The position numbers and the translations under genes are program-made. Shown here piece by piece: positions 1-9,781 of a DNA stretch of 64,000 nt. Under the pieces are notes generated by a model. The model was not told the origin of the DNA and did no database searches. It saw only the letters and a list, made by a program, of their open reading frames with translations. The stretch comes from Patescibacteria group bacterium UBA2105 (GTDB lineage: Bacteria > Patescibacteriota > Minisyncoccia > Phycocordibacterales > UBA2100), in NCBI GenBank assembly GCA_002331495.1, contig DCYR01000007.1:29689-93688 (forward strand). Reading direction: 5' to 3'. Position 1 is the first letter of the stretch. The number at the start of each line of letters is the position of its first letter.

Positions 1-708
1 TCCTATTTCTTCGTGGTGGATGGTTATGTCGGAAAAATTTGAGCTTTGCTGTACGCCGAGTGTCCCTCGTTTTACAAGTTCGAGCAAAGCCAAGAAACTA
101 ACTATGGCTTCAACTCTGCTTGCGCCTTCTGTGGCCTTCCGGAACGAGTCCTTGAGTGCCGAGCGTATGCGCTTTGTTAGGTTTTCAATAACATCGTCGA
201 GCTTTATCTCTTTTGCTATACTGGTAGACGGAACCCTCTTAAATGAAGGGATCTCGGCGGCCAAGGTTCGTATTGTGAAAGCAAGGTTGTCAATGGTTAT
301 GTCCGTGGCAGGAGCAAATACAATCTCCCTCTCCGGCATATGCATAGGTAAAAAGCTTTGCTTCTTCCATTGTAGGCGAAGCAATCGAGTTCTGCGACGG
401 ACTTCTGCATACAGCCGAAGGCGCTCTTCTAGATCGTTGATGTCAGATTCCTCCTCTTGTGTCAGCTTTATTGTCGGCAGCAGCGATCGTGATTTTATTA
501 GTAGGAGCGTTGAAGCTACTACAACAAATTGTGCCGTCTCCGAGAGAGGGATGCGCGTTCTATCTTTTATATAGCCAATATAGTCGTCCGAGACTTGTGC
601 TAGAGAGACATCACTAACATGCAGCTTTCGTTGCTCGATAAGGTCCAAAAGAAGCCCGAGAGGGCCTCTAAAACCGTCTATTTCAAGCGTAAATCCGGAA
701 TTCGACAT
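1..708 (-). CDS. scpA: Segregation and condensation protein A (kleisin), 3' end runs off the window
   Basis: Not in the ORF track; translated by hand from ATG at 708: MSNSGFTLEIDGFRGPLGLLLDLIEQRKLHVSDVSLAQV...ASTLLLIKSRSLLP...IVSFLALLELVK, which carries the typical ScpA N- and C-terminal motifs. Confidence 0.92.
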   Translation of the reverse strand, partial: MSNSGFTLEIDGFRGPLGLLLDLIEQRKLHVSDVSLAQVSDDYIGYIKDRTRIPLSETAQFVVVASTLLLIKSRSLLPTIKLTQEEESDINDLEERLRLYAEVRRRTRLLRLQWKKQSFLPMHMPEREIVFAPATDITIDNLAFTIRTLAAEIPSFKRVPSTSIAKEIKLDDVIENLTKRIRSALKDSFRKATEGASRVEAIVSFLALLELVKRGTLGVQQSSNFSDITIHHEEIG

Positions 709-756
709 TCCCCACATTATACAATGTATTCGGCGTTATTTTGCTGTGTATAAGGA

Positions 757-1995
757 TTAATCCAGAAGAAATTGCCCGTTGTCGTATACCACCCGAGTTT
801 TCCCATCCTTCAAATGTGCCGTCACTTTGCGGCGAGTTGTTGAGATTATGTCGGTGTGCACAGTGGAGTCGTTGTAGCCCAGTTTGTCTGCGAACTTCTT
901 GTTGCTAAGTTTCGTTATATCTCCTGTATAAGTATCGTGGTATGACATACCCAAGGCAATATGTGTATTTCCCTGTGGGCCACCCATATTCTCGTCATAG
1001 AGAGTCTCGGCCATTGGCTTGGTGATACGAGAGAATCGTTTGTCGGTGAGCGAGAACTCCCCCACCTTATCTGCATTTTCGGTTTTTATCATTTCCTTAA
1101 GAAGTTTTTCACCTTTTGTTGCCTTGCTCTTCACAACTTTTCCGTTCTTAAACCACAACTCGATTCCTTCAAGGACATTACCGTATCGGTACAGTGGTTG
1201 ATTGAAACGAATCCAACCTTCCGTTCCGCGCCAGTCAGGTGAGGTAAACACTTCAAAACTTGGGATATTTGCCCCGCGTCCGGAGAGCCACTTGCGCTTC
1301 TCACCAGGGGTAATCCAGAGGTCGACGTCAGGACCCTCAACGTGGAATTTCTCAGTTTTTTCGGTGACTTTCGATATCTTTTTACGGTGGTTCTCAAGGC
1401 CATCTGTGATCTCTTTCCACTTTTTGACAGGGTTTTTCTCGTCGAGGAAGCACGCCTTAATAATTTGGTTCCAGTACGCTTTCTCGCTCATGCCAACAGT
1501 AGCTGCCATCTGTGATGTTCCGTAGAGTGCGAGTGTCCAGGTGAACTTGCCCCGATTCTCCTTATCACGACGCCAATCCATGAACTGCTTCATAGCAAGG
1601 CCACGCCGCATTATTTTCTTGGGGTCGATACCCTTGAGCGCTTCCTTGTTGGTTTCAGCGATTAAGTAAATGGAATGGTCCATCGTATCGATAAGACCTT
1701 TCATATACTTGGTCGGAAAAAAGTCGATTTGATGACCATCGGCTTTAAGGTAGTAGTCACGAGATGGTGAGTACTTCTCGTCGTCGTCAGGGAGATAGTT
1801 GCTCATTACGTGAGCTCCCGCTTCAAGAATCTTACTTTGAACGGCTAAGAACAGAGGCTTGGTTACCTCCCCTCCAGTGAGGCGCACAACTTCGCCTTTC
1901 TTTACTCCCTTGCCGCCATTGAGGGCAAAGTTTACAAGAACATCCGCGTAGCGATCTAAGATTTTTTGTGGTGGTACGTAGGGTTGTTTGCTCAT
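757..1995 (-). CDS. M29-family aminopeptidase (AmpS/PepS-like)
   Basis: NIPSFEVFTSP, GEFSL, LYDENMGG, HIALG and HTDII motifs; likely start is MSKQPY at 1995. Confidence 0.88.
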   Translation of the reverse strand: MSKQPYVPPQKILDRYADVLVNFALNGGKGVKKGEVVRLTGGEVTKPLFLAVQSKILEAGAHVMSNYLPDDDEKYSPSRDYYLKADGHQIDFFPTKYMKGLIDTMDHSIYLIAETNKEALKGIDPKKIMRRGLAMKQFMDWRRDKENRGKFTWTLALYGTSQMAATVGMSEKAYWNQIIKACFLDEKNPVKKWKEITDGLENHRKKISKVTEKTEKFHVEGPDVDLWITPGEKRKWLSGRGANIPSFEVFTSPDWRGTEGWIRFNQPLYRYGNVLEGIELWFKNGKVVKSKATKGEKLLKEMIKTENADKVGEFSLTDKRFSRITKPMAETLYDENMGGPQGNTHIALGMSYHDTYTGDITKLSNKKFADKLGYNDSTVHTDIISTTRRKVTAHLKDGKTRVVYDNGQFLLD

Positions 1996-2056
1996 GGTTT
2001 CTATCAGTAGTCGTGCGTTAGCGCGACCTCTTTTTATATCATTTAGTAAGTTATGC

Positions 2057-3388
2057 TTACTCTTCCGAGAGACGAGAGTCAATACGGTTCATGTCTCGCG
2101 GGAACGGAACCGCTTCTTTCACGTTCGCAATGTTAAGCACACGAGCCGTAAAGCGCTCAAGTCCGGTTGAGCACCCACCGTGCGGGGGCACACCATACTT
2201 GTGCATCTGTAAGTAGAAAGAAAATTTCTCCGGATCCATTCCGCGCTCCTTGATTGTTTCCACCATTTGGTCGTAGTCGTGAAAGCGCTGGCTGCCGCTG
2301 TTGATCTCAAGTCCTCGGAAAAGTAGATCAAAGCTGTATGAGCGCTCTGGGTTGTTCGGGTCAGGGTATGTGTAGAAGGCGCGTTTTGCTGTTGGAAACT
2401 CTGTAATGAACACGAAGTCACTTCCCTTCTCCTTCTTTGCCCACTCACAAATCTGTCGTTCATGTTCTGGCTCAAGATCTGGCTCACCTACCGCCTTGCC
2501 GCCGAACTCTTTCTCGATTATCTCCTGTGCCTCAAGAAGTGTGAGTACAGGAAACGCTTCGTTCGGAAGCAGTGGTGCTTCCGTGTCGAAGCGTGCAAAT
2601 ACGTCTGGGTGCTTCTCTACAACGGCTGCGCACACGTCACGAATTACTGCCTCGAGCATTTCCATAACATCGAGATGGTCTTCAATGAAGCCCATCTCAA
2701 AATCCATCTGGGTCACTTCTGAGAGGTGGCGTGTCGTTGCCGATTTTTCAGCGCGGAATATTTTCGCAATGGTAAATGCGCGTTCGTACACACCTGTCAT
2801 AATTTCCTTATACAGCTGTGGGCTTGTAGCGAGAAATGCGGTGCGGTCGTGAAAGTACTCTACTTTGAATACCTCGGCTCCTCCCTCGGCATCTCCACCT
2901 GTAAGTGCTGGTGCCTGGAATTCGGTGAACTCGCGAGTGATAAGTGCCCAACGATACGCCTGCACTATGGTTGCCGCGACGCTAAAAATATCACGCCCGC
3001 GCTGCGTTCGTAGGGTGAGTGGTCGATAGTCTAAGAGAGTATCTAGATTTAGCTCCGCGTCTAAATCGAACGGAAGCTCAGCTGCAGGAGCCAATACGGT
3101 AAGTTCTTCAATTACGAGCTCAATGTCGCCATTTTGCTCGTCTTTTTTCATATTGTCGGGACGCTCGTTCACTGTACCTTGTGCGCTTACTACCCACTGC
3201 TCGCGAAGTGGTTGGGCTGTCTCAAAAGCTTCCACACCACTTTTTACTACTGCCTGTGCTACGCCGCTGCGGTCGCGTAGCACCAGGAACATGAGCTTCC
3301 CGTGATCGCGGCGGACATCTACCCATCCGGCAATGTGCACTTTTTCGCCCTTCTTATCGCTAAGTTGTCCAATAGTCGTTCTCTCCAT
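2057..3388 (-). CDS. aspS: Aspartate-tRNA ligase, short archaeal-type (probably non-discriminating Asp/Asn)
   Basis: OB-fold GWVDVRRDHGKLMFLVLRD, SPQLYKE, FRAEKSATTRHLSE and PPHGG..GLER motifs; 443 aa, no GAD insert. Confidence 0.92.
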   Translation of the reverse strand: MERTTIGQLSDKKGEKVHIAGWVDVRRDHGKLMFLVLRDRSGVAQAVVKSGVEAFETAQPLREQWVVSAQGTVNERPDNMKKDEQNGDIELVIEELTVLAPAAELPFDLDAELNLDTLLDYRPLTLRTQRGRDIFSVAATIVQAYRWALITREFTEFQAPALTGGDAEGGAEVFKVEYFHDRTAFLATSPQLYKEIMTGVYERAFTIAKIFRAEKSATTRHLSEVTQMDFEMGFIEDHLDVMEMLEAVIRDVCAAVVEKHPDVFARFDTEAPLLPNEAFPVLTLLEAQEIIEKEFGGKAVGEPDLEPEHERQICEWAKKEKGSDFVFITEFPTAKRAFYTYPDPNNPERSYSFDLLFRGLEINSGSQRFHDYDQMVETIKERGMDPEKFSFYLQMHKYGVPPHGGCSTGLERFTARVLNIANVKEAVPFPRDMNRIDSRLSEE

Positions 3389-3395
3389 ACCCTAT

Positions 3396-4346
3396 CTATA
3401 GTGTTACTCCAACTTTCTGGCGTACGTCAATCATTTTTGCGGCCGCCTGCTCGTGAGCCCTTACTGCTCCTTGCGCTACAACATTCTTAATCTCCCCGTC
3501 AGTTATGCTTTCGTAACGCTCCCTCATCGGTGCAACGGACGCCTCGATATCTTCTATTAAGGCCTCCTTTAGCTCCTTGTAGCTTCCCTCCTTTTCAGAG
3601 TACAAAGCTTCGAGCTCACCTTCAGACTTGAATAGCTTGTGAATGGCGTAGACGTTCTCTGGGCGACCTCCTTCGGAGTCTGTGACGATACCCATTACCG
3701 CCTTACCAATTTCTTCTTTTGTGCCAAACAATGGGATTGTGTTGTTGTAGCTCTTGCTCATTTTCTGCCCGTCAGTTCCTGGTACTGTCGCGACACCTTC
3801 AAGAATAATGTGTTCAGGAACCGCAAATGTGTCGCCATAGAGATTGTTGAATTTCTCCGCAGTGTCACGTGCGTACTCGACGTGCTGCTGTTGGTCTTTG
3901 CCAACGGGTACGACGTCTGGATCGTACAGCAAAATGTCAGCCGCCATGAGCATCGGATAGTTGAACGTACCGACACTGATTTCCTTGTTCTTGGCCTCGG
4001 CGTCTTTGAATGCGTGCGCGCGCATCAAGTACGGCATTGTGGTCAGGCATTCAAAGATCCATGCAAGCTCGGTGTGCTCATGAACTGCTGACTGTTGGAA
4101 GAGAGTGGTTTTGTTTGGATCAATGCCGGCTGCAAGATACGTGCGCACCACATCTTTGATGGAGTTACGGACTTCTTCCGGGTTTTGTTGTGAGTGGGCT
4201 GTGGTGAGTGCGTGGTAGTCAGCAACAAACACGAAACTCTCGTACTCATCTTGGAGGTCAACAAATTGCTTTATAGCACCGAAATAGTTTCCTATGTGAG
4301 GCCGTCCTGTTGGTTTTACGCCCGAGAGAAGTCGCTTTTTTTGCAT
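3396..4346 (-). CDS. trpS: Tryptophan-tRNA ligase
   Basis: SGVKPTGRPHIGNY, YPMLMAADIL, VPVGKDQQQH, KMSKS. Confidence 0.97.
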   Translation of the reverse strand: MQKKRLLSGVKPTGRPHIGNYFGAIKQFVDLQDEYESFVFVADYHALTTAHSQQNPEEVRNSIKDVVRTYLAAGIDPNKTTLFQQSAVHEHTELAWIFECLTTMPYLMRAHAFKDAEAKNKEISVGTFNYPMLMAADILLYDPDVVPVGKDQQQHVEYARDTAEKFNNLYGDTFAVPEHIILEGVATVPGTDGQKMSKSYNNTIPLFGTKEEIGKAVMGIVTDSEGGRPENVYAIHKLFKSEGELEALYSEKEGSYKELKEALIEDIEASVAPMRERYESITDGEIKNVVAQGAVRAHEQAAAKMIDVRQKVGVTL

Positions 4347-4395
4347 ATAACAGGCTCAATAGTAGCAACAAACCGCTAGCTTGAAAAGCATTATT

Positions 4396-6039
4396 TTACT
4401 TGACCTTTGCGGGTTCATGCGCGAACCGCGAAACCAAGGGTAGCTCCACTATGAAGGTTGACCCACGACCAACTCCCTGTGATTCTGCCCAGATTTTACC
4501 GTTGTGAGCCTCAACCATTTGGCGGGCGACATATAAACCAAGGCCGGTGCCATTCACATTTACTCCTGATGCACCCTCAGCGCGAACAAATTTCTCAAAA
4601 AGTTTGGAGATCTCCTTCGGGTCGATACCTATGCCACTATCGGATACCACGATGCGTATTGTATTGCCCCCCTCCCCTGGTTCGATGTGTACTTTAACCC
4701 AACCATGCTCGGTGTACTTAATAGCGTTGTCTATCAGATTAAAGAAAATATGACGAATCTTTGCATAGTCAGCGTGCACTGTACACTTTTTTTTCAAATG
4801 ATTGGCAAATGAAAGTTTCAAATGTCGTTCTTTTGAAACAGGCTGGAGCTCTTGTACAACCTCGGACACAAGTTCATCGCATTCCAAGTCTTTCATGTCG
4901 TAATCCATACGGCCTTGTTCGATACGAGATACATCAAGAAAATCGTTGATAGTTTGCGCGAGCATACCACTTGAGGCAAAGATTTGTTTTAGAATGACCA
5001 TAGCTCGATCAGGTATGCGCCCGTACGAACCGTCGACAATCAGCGAGAGGTGTCCGCGAATACCCGCGAGAGGGCCGCGAAGTTGATGAGTCGCGATTGA
5101 TAGAAACTCCGATTTTTGCTGGTCTAATTCTCGAAGCTTTACATTTGCCTTTTGCAACTTGTCTGTAATTTCTTGGAGACTCTTTCTTGTGTGTACTTCG
5201 TTATAGACACTTTGCAGTAAAAGATAGCTTGCAATTGAAATTAGAACAAAAAAAGCAATCTGCACTACTAAATTCACAAAAGATGAGGAGGTGAAAATTT
5301 GTATAAAGACCCCTGTGACAATGAAAAGAACCAAAAGCTCGGTCGCAATTGTTTTTAATGTAAACAATCTGTACCTAATTATTGAATATCCAAGCAGCGG
5401 AGGAAACATAATAATGGCGAAATTTCCGTAAGGAAGTATGGGTATATCGAACCAAAGATAGAAATTAATAGCTCCTCCGCCAAAGCCCAGCAAAGTTCCT
5501 GCTAACATTGAAGTAAGCTGACCCCTTCGCATCTCAGCCTTGACCAAAAAAAGCCTATAGGCTATTCGGAAAAGCGCTAGCGACACTGGAAGGACGTACC
5601 CCAGTATTATATGTGTTAGATATAGTGGTCCAGCTGTTGGCCAAAACGGGAAGATGATTTTCTCGCTTATTGCCCCGATTAATAGACTTGGATAAAATAC
5701 AAGTATAGATATGAATCCGAGTATGACTCCGTACGTACCTCCCAAAACAATACTCCAAAAGAATCCTGCGGCTCGAGTTACGACTAAAACCCAGTGAGTA
5801 AAGAACATTACGCTTAACAAGGATCCAGCAGTAAGAATGGAAATCCATATATACGCTTGCTCAACATTCGTTGAATTGGTCAACCAGAACCAATAAGATA
5901 CTCCCCACACGCTTATTGCAAGCGACATCAAAAAATATAGTCGGTTGCTTAGTTCACTGGAATCCTTAAGTATGACAAGACCTCCAAAAATCAAGGACAC
6001 TACCCCGGCTGCTAAGGCTGAAAGAGCAAAAAGTTCCAT
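4396..6039 (-). CDS. Membrane sensor histidine kinase with N-terminal 7TM-type sensor (HisKA_7TM-like), HisKA and HATPase_c domains
   Basis: About 9 hydrophobic helices, then EFLSIATHQLRGPL (H box), NLIDNAIKY (N box), DSGIGI and GTGLGL (G boxes). Confidence 0.93.
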   Translation of the reverse strand: MELFALSALAAGVVSLIFGGLVILKDSSELSNRLYFLMSLAISVWGVSYWFWLTNSTNVEQAYIWISILTAGSLLSVMFFTHWVLVVTRAAGFFWSIVLGGTYGVILGFISILVFYPSLLIGAISEKIIFPFWPTAGPLYLTHIILGYVLPVSLALFRIAYRLFLVKAEMRRGQLTSMLAGTLLGFGGGAINFYLWFDIPILPYGNFAIIMFPPLLGYSIIRYRLFTLKTIATELLVLFIVTGVFIQIFTSSSFVNLVVQIAFFVLISIASYLLLQSVYNEVHTRKSLQEITDKLQKANVKLRELDQQKSEFLSIATHQLRGPLAGIRGHLSLIVDGSYGRIPDRAMVILKQIFASSGMLAQTINDFLDVSRIEQGRMDYDMKDLECDELVSEVVQELQPVSKERHLKLSFANHLKKKCTVHADYAKIRHIFFNLIDNAIKYTEHGWVKVHIEPGEGGNTIRIVVSDSGIGIDPKEISKLFEKFVRAEGASGVNVNGTGLGLYVARQMVEAHNGKIWAESQGVGRGSTFIVELPLVSRFAHEPAKVK

Positions 6040-6045
6040 ACTACT

Positions 6046-6975
6046 TTAGGATACAATATTACGTGCACACGTCACAGAGTGAATTTTGAGAGGTTCATAG
6101 AATGCAAAAATCGAATCCTTCTTAAATCCGGCCCTGATTAGTAAGGAAACTAGCTTCTCAGCATCACGATAAATCATCTTCCAACCTATGAAATTTGTCA
6201 CAAATTTACGCTCTCTATTGTCGCTTATATTTGCACAGATAAACACCCCTTCTGGTTTCAAAGAAGAGAGAATACTCCTAAAGGTATTAATTGCCTTATG
6301 GTCATCGAAGTAGTCAAGAAGTCCAACCATTTCCACTATATCAAAATGCTTCTCCCCTGCATTTTCTGCTAGGTAGTTGCCGACAGTAGCGGTAACCCAA
6401 GATATGTTGATTTCTTTGTGAGGAAGGAGCCCAAGTTCTTGGGCCAAGTGTTTACTGTATTGAGTTGCGTAAGGATTCTTGTCTAAAAAGGTTACTCTTA
6501 ATTGTCTACCGGGGCATTTCTCGATGGTGTTTGCTATTGCCTCCAGAACGGCACGGGCAGATCCAGAGGCAATACTAAGTACGTAAACAACCTCCTTTTT
6601 TTCGAATTGAATTGCCAATTCAGCCTGAACCTCCCTCTTTACAATCTTCAGTCGATTCCTTACTGCCATGGAGTTGTCAAGCCCAAACCATACCCACAAA
6701 GCAATTCTTTCCAACAGGTTTCTGGAAGAAAAGGTTGTGCCGTGGCTGTACAATACTTCAAGAGCAACATGTTCAGTTTTGTGCTCGATGACCTTTTTTG
6801 CAGAACGATGGGATTTCGCAAATACGGAAAGTGTCACGGGAGGTAGATTGTTTAGTACTGGGACTAAAAGAAAATTAAAAATTCTTCTAAAAGTGTTCGG
6901 GACTTCAAACCTGGTGACGTGAGTAGATCTCTCCACTACTATCCTACTAGTACTTGACTTAGTCTTAGTGGTCAT
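6046..6975 (-). CDS. Class I SAM-dependent methyltransferase (PhcB / YnbC C-terminal-like)
   Basis: VLSIASGSAR (motif I), FLDKN, FDIVEMVGLLDYF, LKPEG, WKMIYR; ATG at 6975 overlaps the end of the upstream hydrolase gene. Confidence 0.8.
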   Translation of the reverse strand: MTTKTKSSTSRIVVERSTHVTRFEVPNTFRRIFNFLLVPVLNNLPPVTLSVFAKSHRSAKKVIEHKTEHVALEVLYSHGTTFSSRNLLERIALWVWFGLDNSMAVRNRLKIVKREVQAELAIQFEKKEVVYVLSIASGSARAVLEAIANTIEKCPGRQLRVTFLDKNPYATQYSKHLAQELGLLPHKEINISWVTATVGNYLAENAGEKHFDIVEMVGLLDYFDDHKAINTFRSILSSLKPEGVFICANISDNRERKFVTNFIGWKMIYRDAEKLVSLLIRAGFKKDSIFAFYEPLKIHSVTCARNIVS

Positions 6976-7792
6976 TGTCAAATAGCCTAACAATCTGTGG
7001 TGCGCTTTGCTCCGAGTTCAAAAATATACCATCATGACTACCTTCTAGAACGTGGACGGGACATATGTCTGCCACCCGCAATTTGATATCTTTTAATGGG
7101 AAAACTCGATCCGTTGCACTGCACATTATGTGTACAGAAATACCATATTTCGCAACTTTGTGTATCAGAGGGAGTATGTCAGTGTTAAAAAGACCAAGTG
7201 CGTCACGAATCAATTGTATTGGATTTAAGCCAATGTACCATCCTACAGCGGCAAAATATTTTTTCCCGCGACGATCTTTAGTCTTAATCACTTCAGCCAA
7301 TTGTAGAAAAAATGATCTTAGAAAACCTGCGCTCAAACGCAAGAATCGCAAGTTAATAATTCCAGCAGGAGCCACCAAAATAATAGCTCGAACTTTTTTA
7401 TGAATAGGTTCGGCAGCAAGAATTCCTGTTACCGCTCCTTGAGAGTGAGCAACTATATAGACGTTTTCCGTGAGGGAATCGATGAACTCCGCAACTGCAC
7501 ACGCGCGAGCTCGTTCGGTAATGGGAAATGATGCATCTACTCCGCATGTTGCGGCTCGTTTTAGGTCACCCAAACCTCCATAGTCAATTATGGATGCGGC
7601 GTAGTTCTGTTCAGAAAATTCTCGTGCTAAATCCTTGGCTACTTCAGCTGGTTCTCCCCACCCAGGAATTATTATTATATGCCCCGCTACATTGTTACCG
7701 TGGGTTGGTCCAACCGTTGTGTAGACTGTAACTTCGCCATTAGATACTGTTGTATATTCGAAGTTACTTTCAGTCATATGAGAATCAAACAT
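6965..7792 (-). CDS. Alpha/beta-fold hydrolase (esterase/thioesterase-like)
   Basis: IIIPGWGE oxyanion loop, AHSQGA nucleophile elbow, ATDRVF acid, GSHDG histidine. Confidence 0.85.
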   Translation of the reverse strand: MFDSHMTESNFEYTTVSNGEVTVYTTVGPTHGNNVAGHIIIIPGWGEPAEVAKDLAREFSEQNYAASIIDYGGLGDLKRAATCGVDASFPITERARACAVAEFIDSLTENVYIVAHSQGAVTGILAAEPIHKKVRAIILVAPAGIINLRFLRLSAGFLRSFFLQLAEVIKTKDRRGKKYFAAVGWYIGLNPIQLIRDALGLFNTDILPLIHKVAKYGISVHIMCSATDRVFPLKDIKLRVADICPVHVLEGSHDGIFLNSEQSAPQIVRLFDNDH

Positions 7793-7855
7793 TTCTTACA
7801 TTATACTACACAGTAACAATCCTTTCTGGGCCCTACTTCTCACGAATATCATGAG

Positions 7856-8635
7856 CTACAGGAAAACCTCTTCAGATCTGAGGTGTCCAGCTCGCATCTG
7901 GTCAATGGTTTTCATGATTTCTTTAGCTGCCGTTTGGTACCGTTCTGGGATGGGAAGCGAAGTGTCAACAATATCATGATGGGTTAGGGGTGTGCCGTAT
8001 GATATGCGGAGCCTCCGCCTTCGTTTAAGAAAATCACCCACACTCATACCAGAAGCACCAGATACAGCAACGGGCACCACAATCGCCCCTGTTGCCTCAC
8101 TAAGGTATCCAACCCCGCCATGAGCGCGTTCTCCACTTGCGCCCTTTCTTATCTTGCCTTCGGGGAAGATGCAAACACTCTTTCCCATTTTCAGAATTCT
8201 CTCATGATATGAAAGAGCCTTACTGTAATCGTTTTGTCCTGCTATGTATTGATGAGCACCCCACGACACTAAGAATGCGGGAAGGCCATAGATATGTCGA
8301 CGCCAACCAAAAGCAGTTTCTTTTTGATATCGCGATCGACCGTGCGTGACGTAAAACATTGGAAATAACGGGGAAAGTGGAGAAATGGCGACAAGGGGAA
8401 ACAAAATATCAAGCTCGCTAGTGTGATTGAGTGCGAAAACAACGCCCACCCCACGTTCCTTTGAATTTCGAATAGCCGTAGTCAGGTTTTCTCTCCCAGA
8501 TATTTTGAGCCGAGTAAAAAAATCTAGTGCAAAACGACCAAATGGCCATGCCACCCCCTGTAGGATAAACGGAGCCCAAAAATGCAGTTGACGTACTGTC
8601 GGTAGGTTCACAGATTTGCAAGTTTGTTCATTCAT
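7856..8635 (-). CDS. PlsC-family lysophospholipid acyltransferase
   Basis: NHTSELD (HX4D) and IFPEG motifs, plus IVVPVAV. Confidence 0.88.
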   Translation of the reverse strand: MNEQTCKSVNLPTVRQLHFWAPFILQGVAWPFGRFALDFFTRLKISGRENLTTAIRNSKERGVGVVFALNHTSELDILFPLVAISPLSPLFPMFYVTHGRSRYQKETAFGWRRHIYGLPAFLVSWGAHQYIAGQNDYSKALSYHERILKMGKSVCIFPEGKIRKGASGERAHGGVGYLSEATGAIVVPVAVSGASGMSVGDFLKRRRRLRISYGTPLTHHDIVDTSLPIPERYQTAAKEIMKTIDQMRAGHLRSEEVFL

Positions 8636-8711
8636 ATGTTGATTAGGTCACAAAAAGCGCAAAAGTGCCAGGGACAACGGCCATCAAAGTTAATATCGGA
8701 GTGTAGTTCCG

Positions 8712-9779
8712 CTAAACTCCCTCCTTTCTGAGTTCCTCAACAAGCTTTTGCGCGTTTCTTGAGAGCTTCTTTGGAAGGTCAATACGTACTGTCACCAGTA
8801 AATCTCCGCGAGTTCCGTGTTCGCGCGGGATTCCTTTGCCGGGAACTCTGAGAACTTCGCCGTGCGTGATTCCAGCTGGTATTTTAAGCTCAATGCTTTT
8901 TTCAAGAGTAGGAATAGTGTACGAACCCCCCAAAAGTGCGTCGGTGAGCTTGACGTTTAGATTCAGGCGCAGATTTTTGCCGCTGCGTATAAAATCTTTG
9001 TGGGGACGAACATGGACCTTAACGTATAAGTCGCCACTCTCTCCTCCTCGAACTGCTTCTCCCCTTCCCGGAAGGCGGATCATTTCCCCGTTGTCGATTC
9101 CAGCTGGTATCGAAAGTTTAATTTCTTCTTGTTGGCGATAAACTCCTTGCCCCTTACACCCTTCGCAGGGAGTTTTGGGAATCTTCCCTATTCCATGACA
9201 TTCTGAACATTCTCTCGTGCTTGTAAATGTACCAAGCATTGAGCGGCGTGTTTCGCGTATGGAACCGTTTCCATTACAGGTTCCACAGGTCTTCATCTCG
9301 CTCTTGTCCTTTGCACCACTCCCGGTGCATGTAGCACAGGCGGCAATCTTGTTTAGTAAGATGGAGCGCTCTACTCCAAAGACTGCATCTTTGAAATCTA
9401 GCTCCACGTCCATCGAAATGTCACGTCCACGGCGTACCCGTGTGCGGTGAGAGCCAAAAACTTCGCTGAATATATCCCCCAGGTCGAATTCAAACCCACC
9501 GCTGTGCCCCTGCTGAAATTGTGAAAAGTCGAATCCGTCAAACCCACCTCGTGGACCACCGCCGGCAAAAGTACGACCATAGGCGTCGTACTCTGCACGT
9601 TTCTTTTTGTCTCCTAGCACCGCGTATGCTTCGCTGGCCTCCTTAAACTTTGCTTCGTCGCCTGTCTTTTTGTCCGGATGGTATTTCTGAGCAAGAGCCC
9701 GAAACGCTTTCTTGATCTCGGATTCAGAGGCGCTCTTTTTAACCCCAAGAATGTCGTAGTAATCTTTCATGCCAAACAA
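8712..9779 (-). CDS. dnaJ: Chaperone DnaJ
   Basis: J-domain HPD, G/F region, four CxxCxGxG repeats. Confidence 0.97.
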   Translation of the reverse strand: MFGMKDYYDILGVKKSASESEIKKAFRALAQKYHPDKKTGDEAKFKEASEAYAVLGDKKKRAEYDAYGRTFAGGGPRGGFDGFDFSQFQQGHSGGFEFDLGDIFSEVFGSHRTRVRRGRDISMDVELDFKDAVFGVERSILLNKIAACATCTGSGAKDKSEMKTCGTCNGNGSIRETRRSMLGTFTSTRECSECHGIGKIPKTPCEGCKGQGVYRQQEEIKLSIPAGIDNGEMIRLPGRGEAVRGGESGDLYVKVHVRPHKDFIRSGKNLRLNLNVKLTDALLGGSYTIPTLEKSIELKIPAGITHGEVLRVPGKGIPREHGTRGDLLVTVRIDLPKKLSRNAQKLVEELRKEGV

Positions 9780-9781
9780 GA

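Noticed and set aside
20-574. 184-aa plus-strand ORF in the track
   Set aside because: Antisense shadow of scpA, which has clear family motifs on the minus strand
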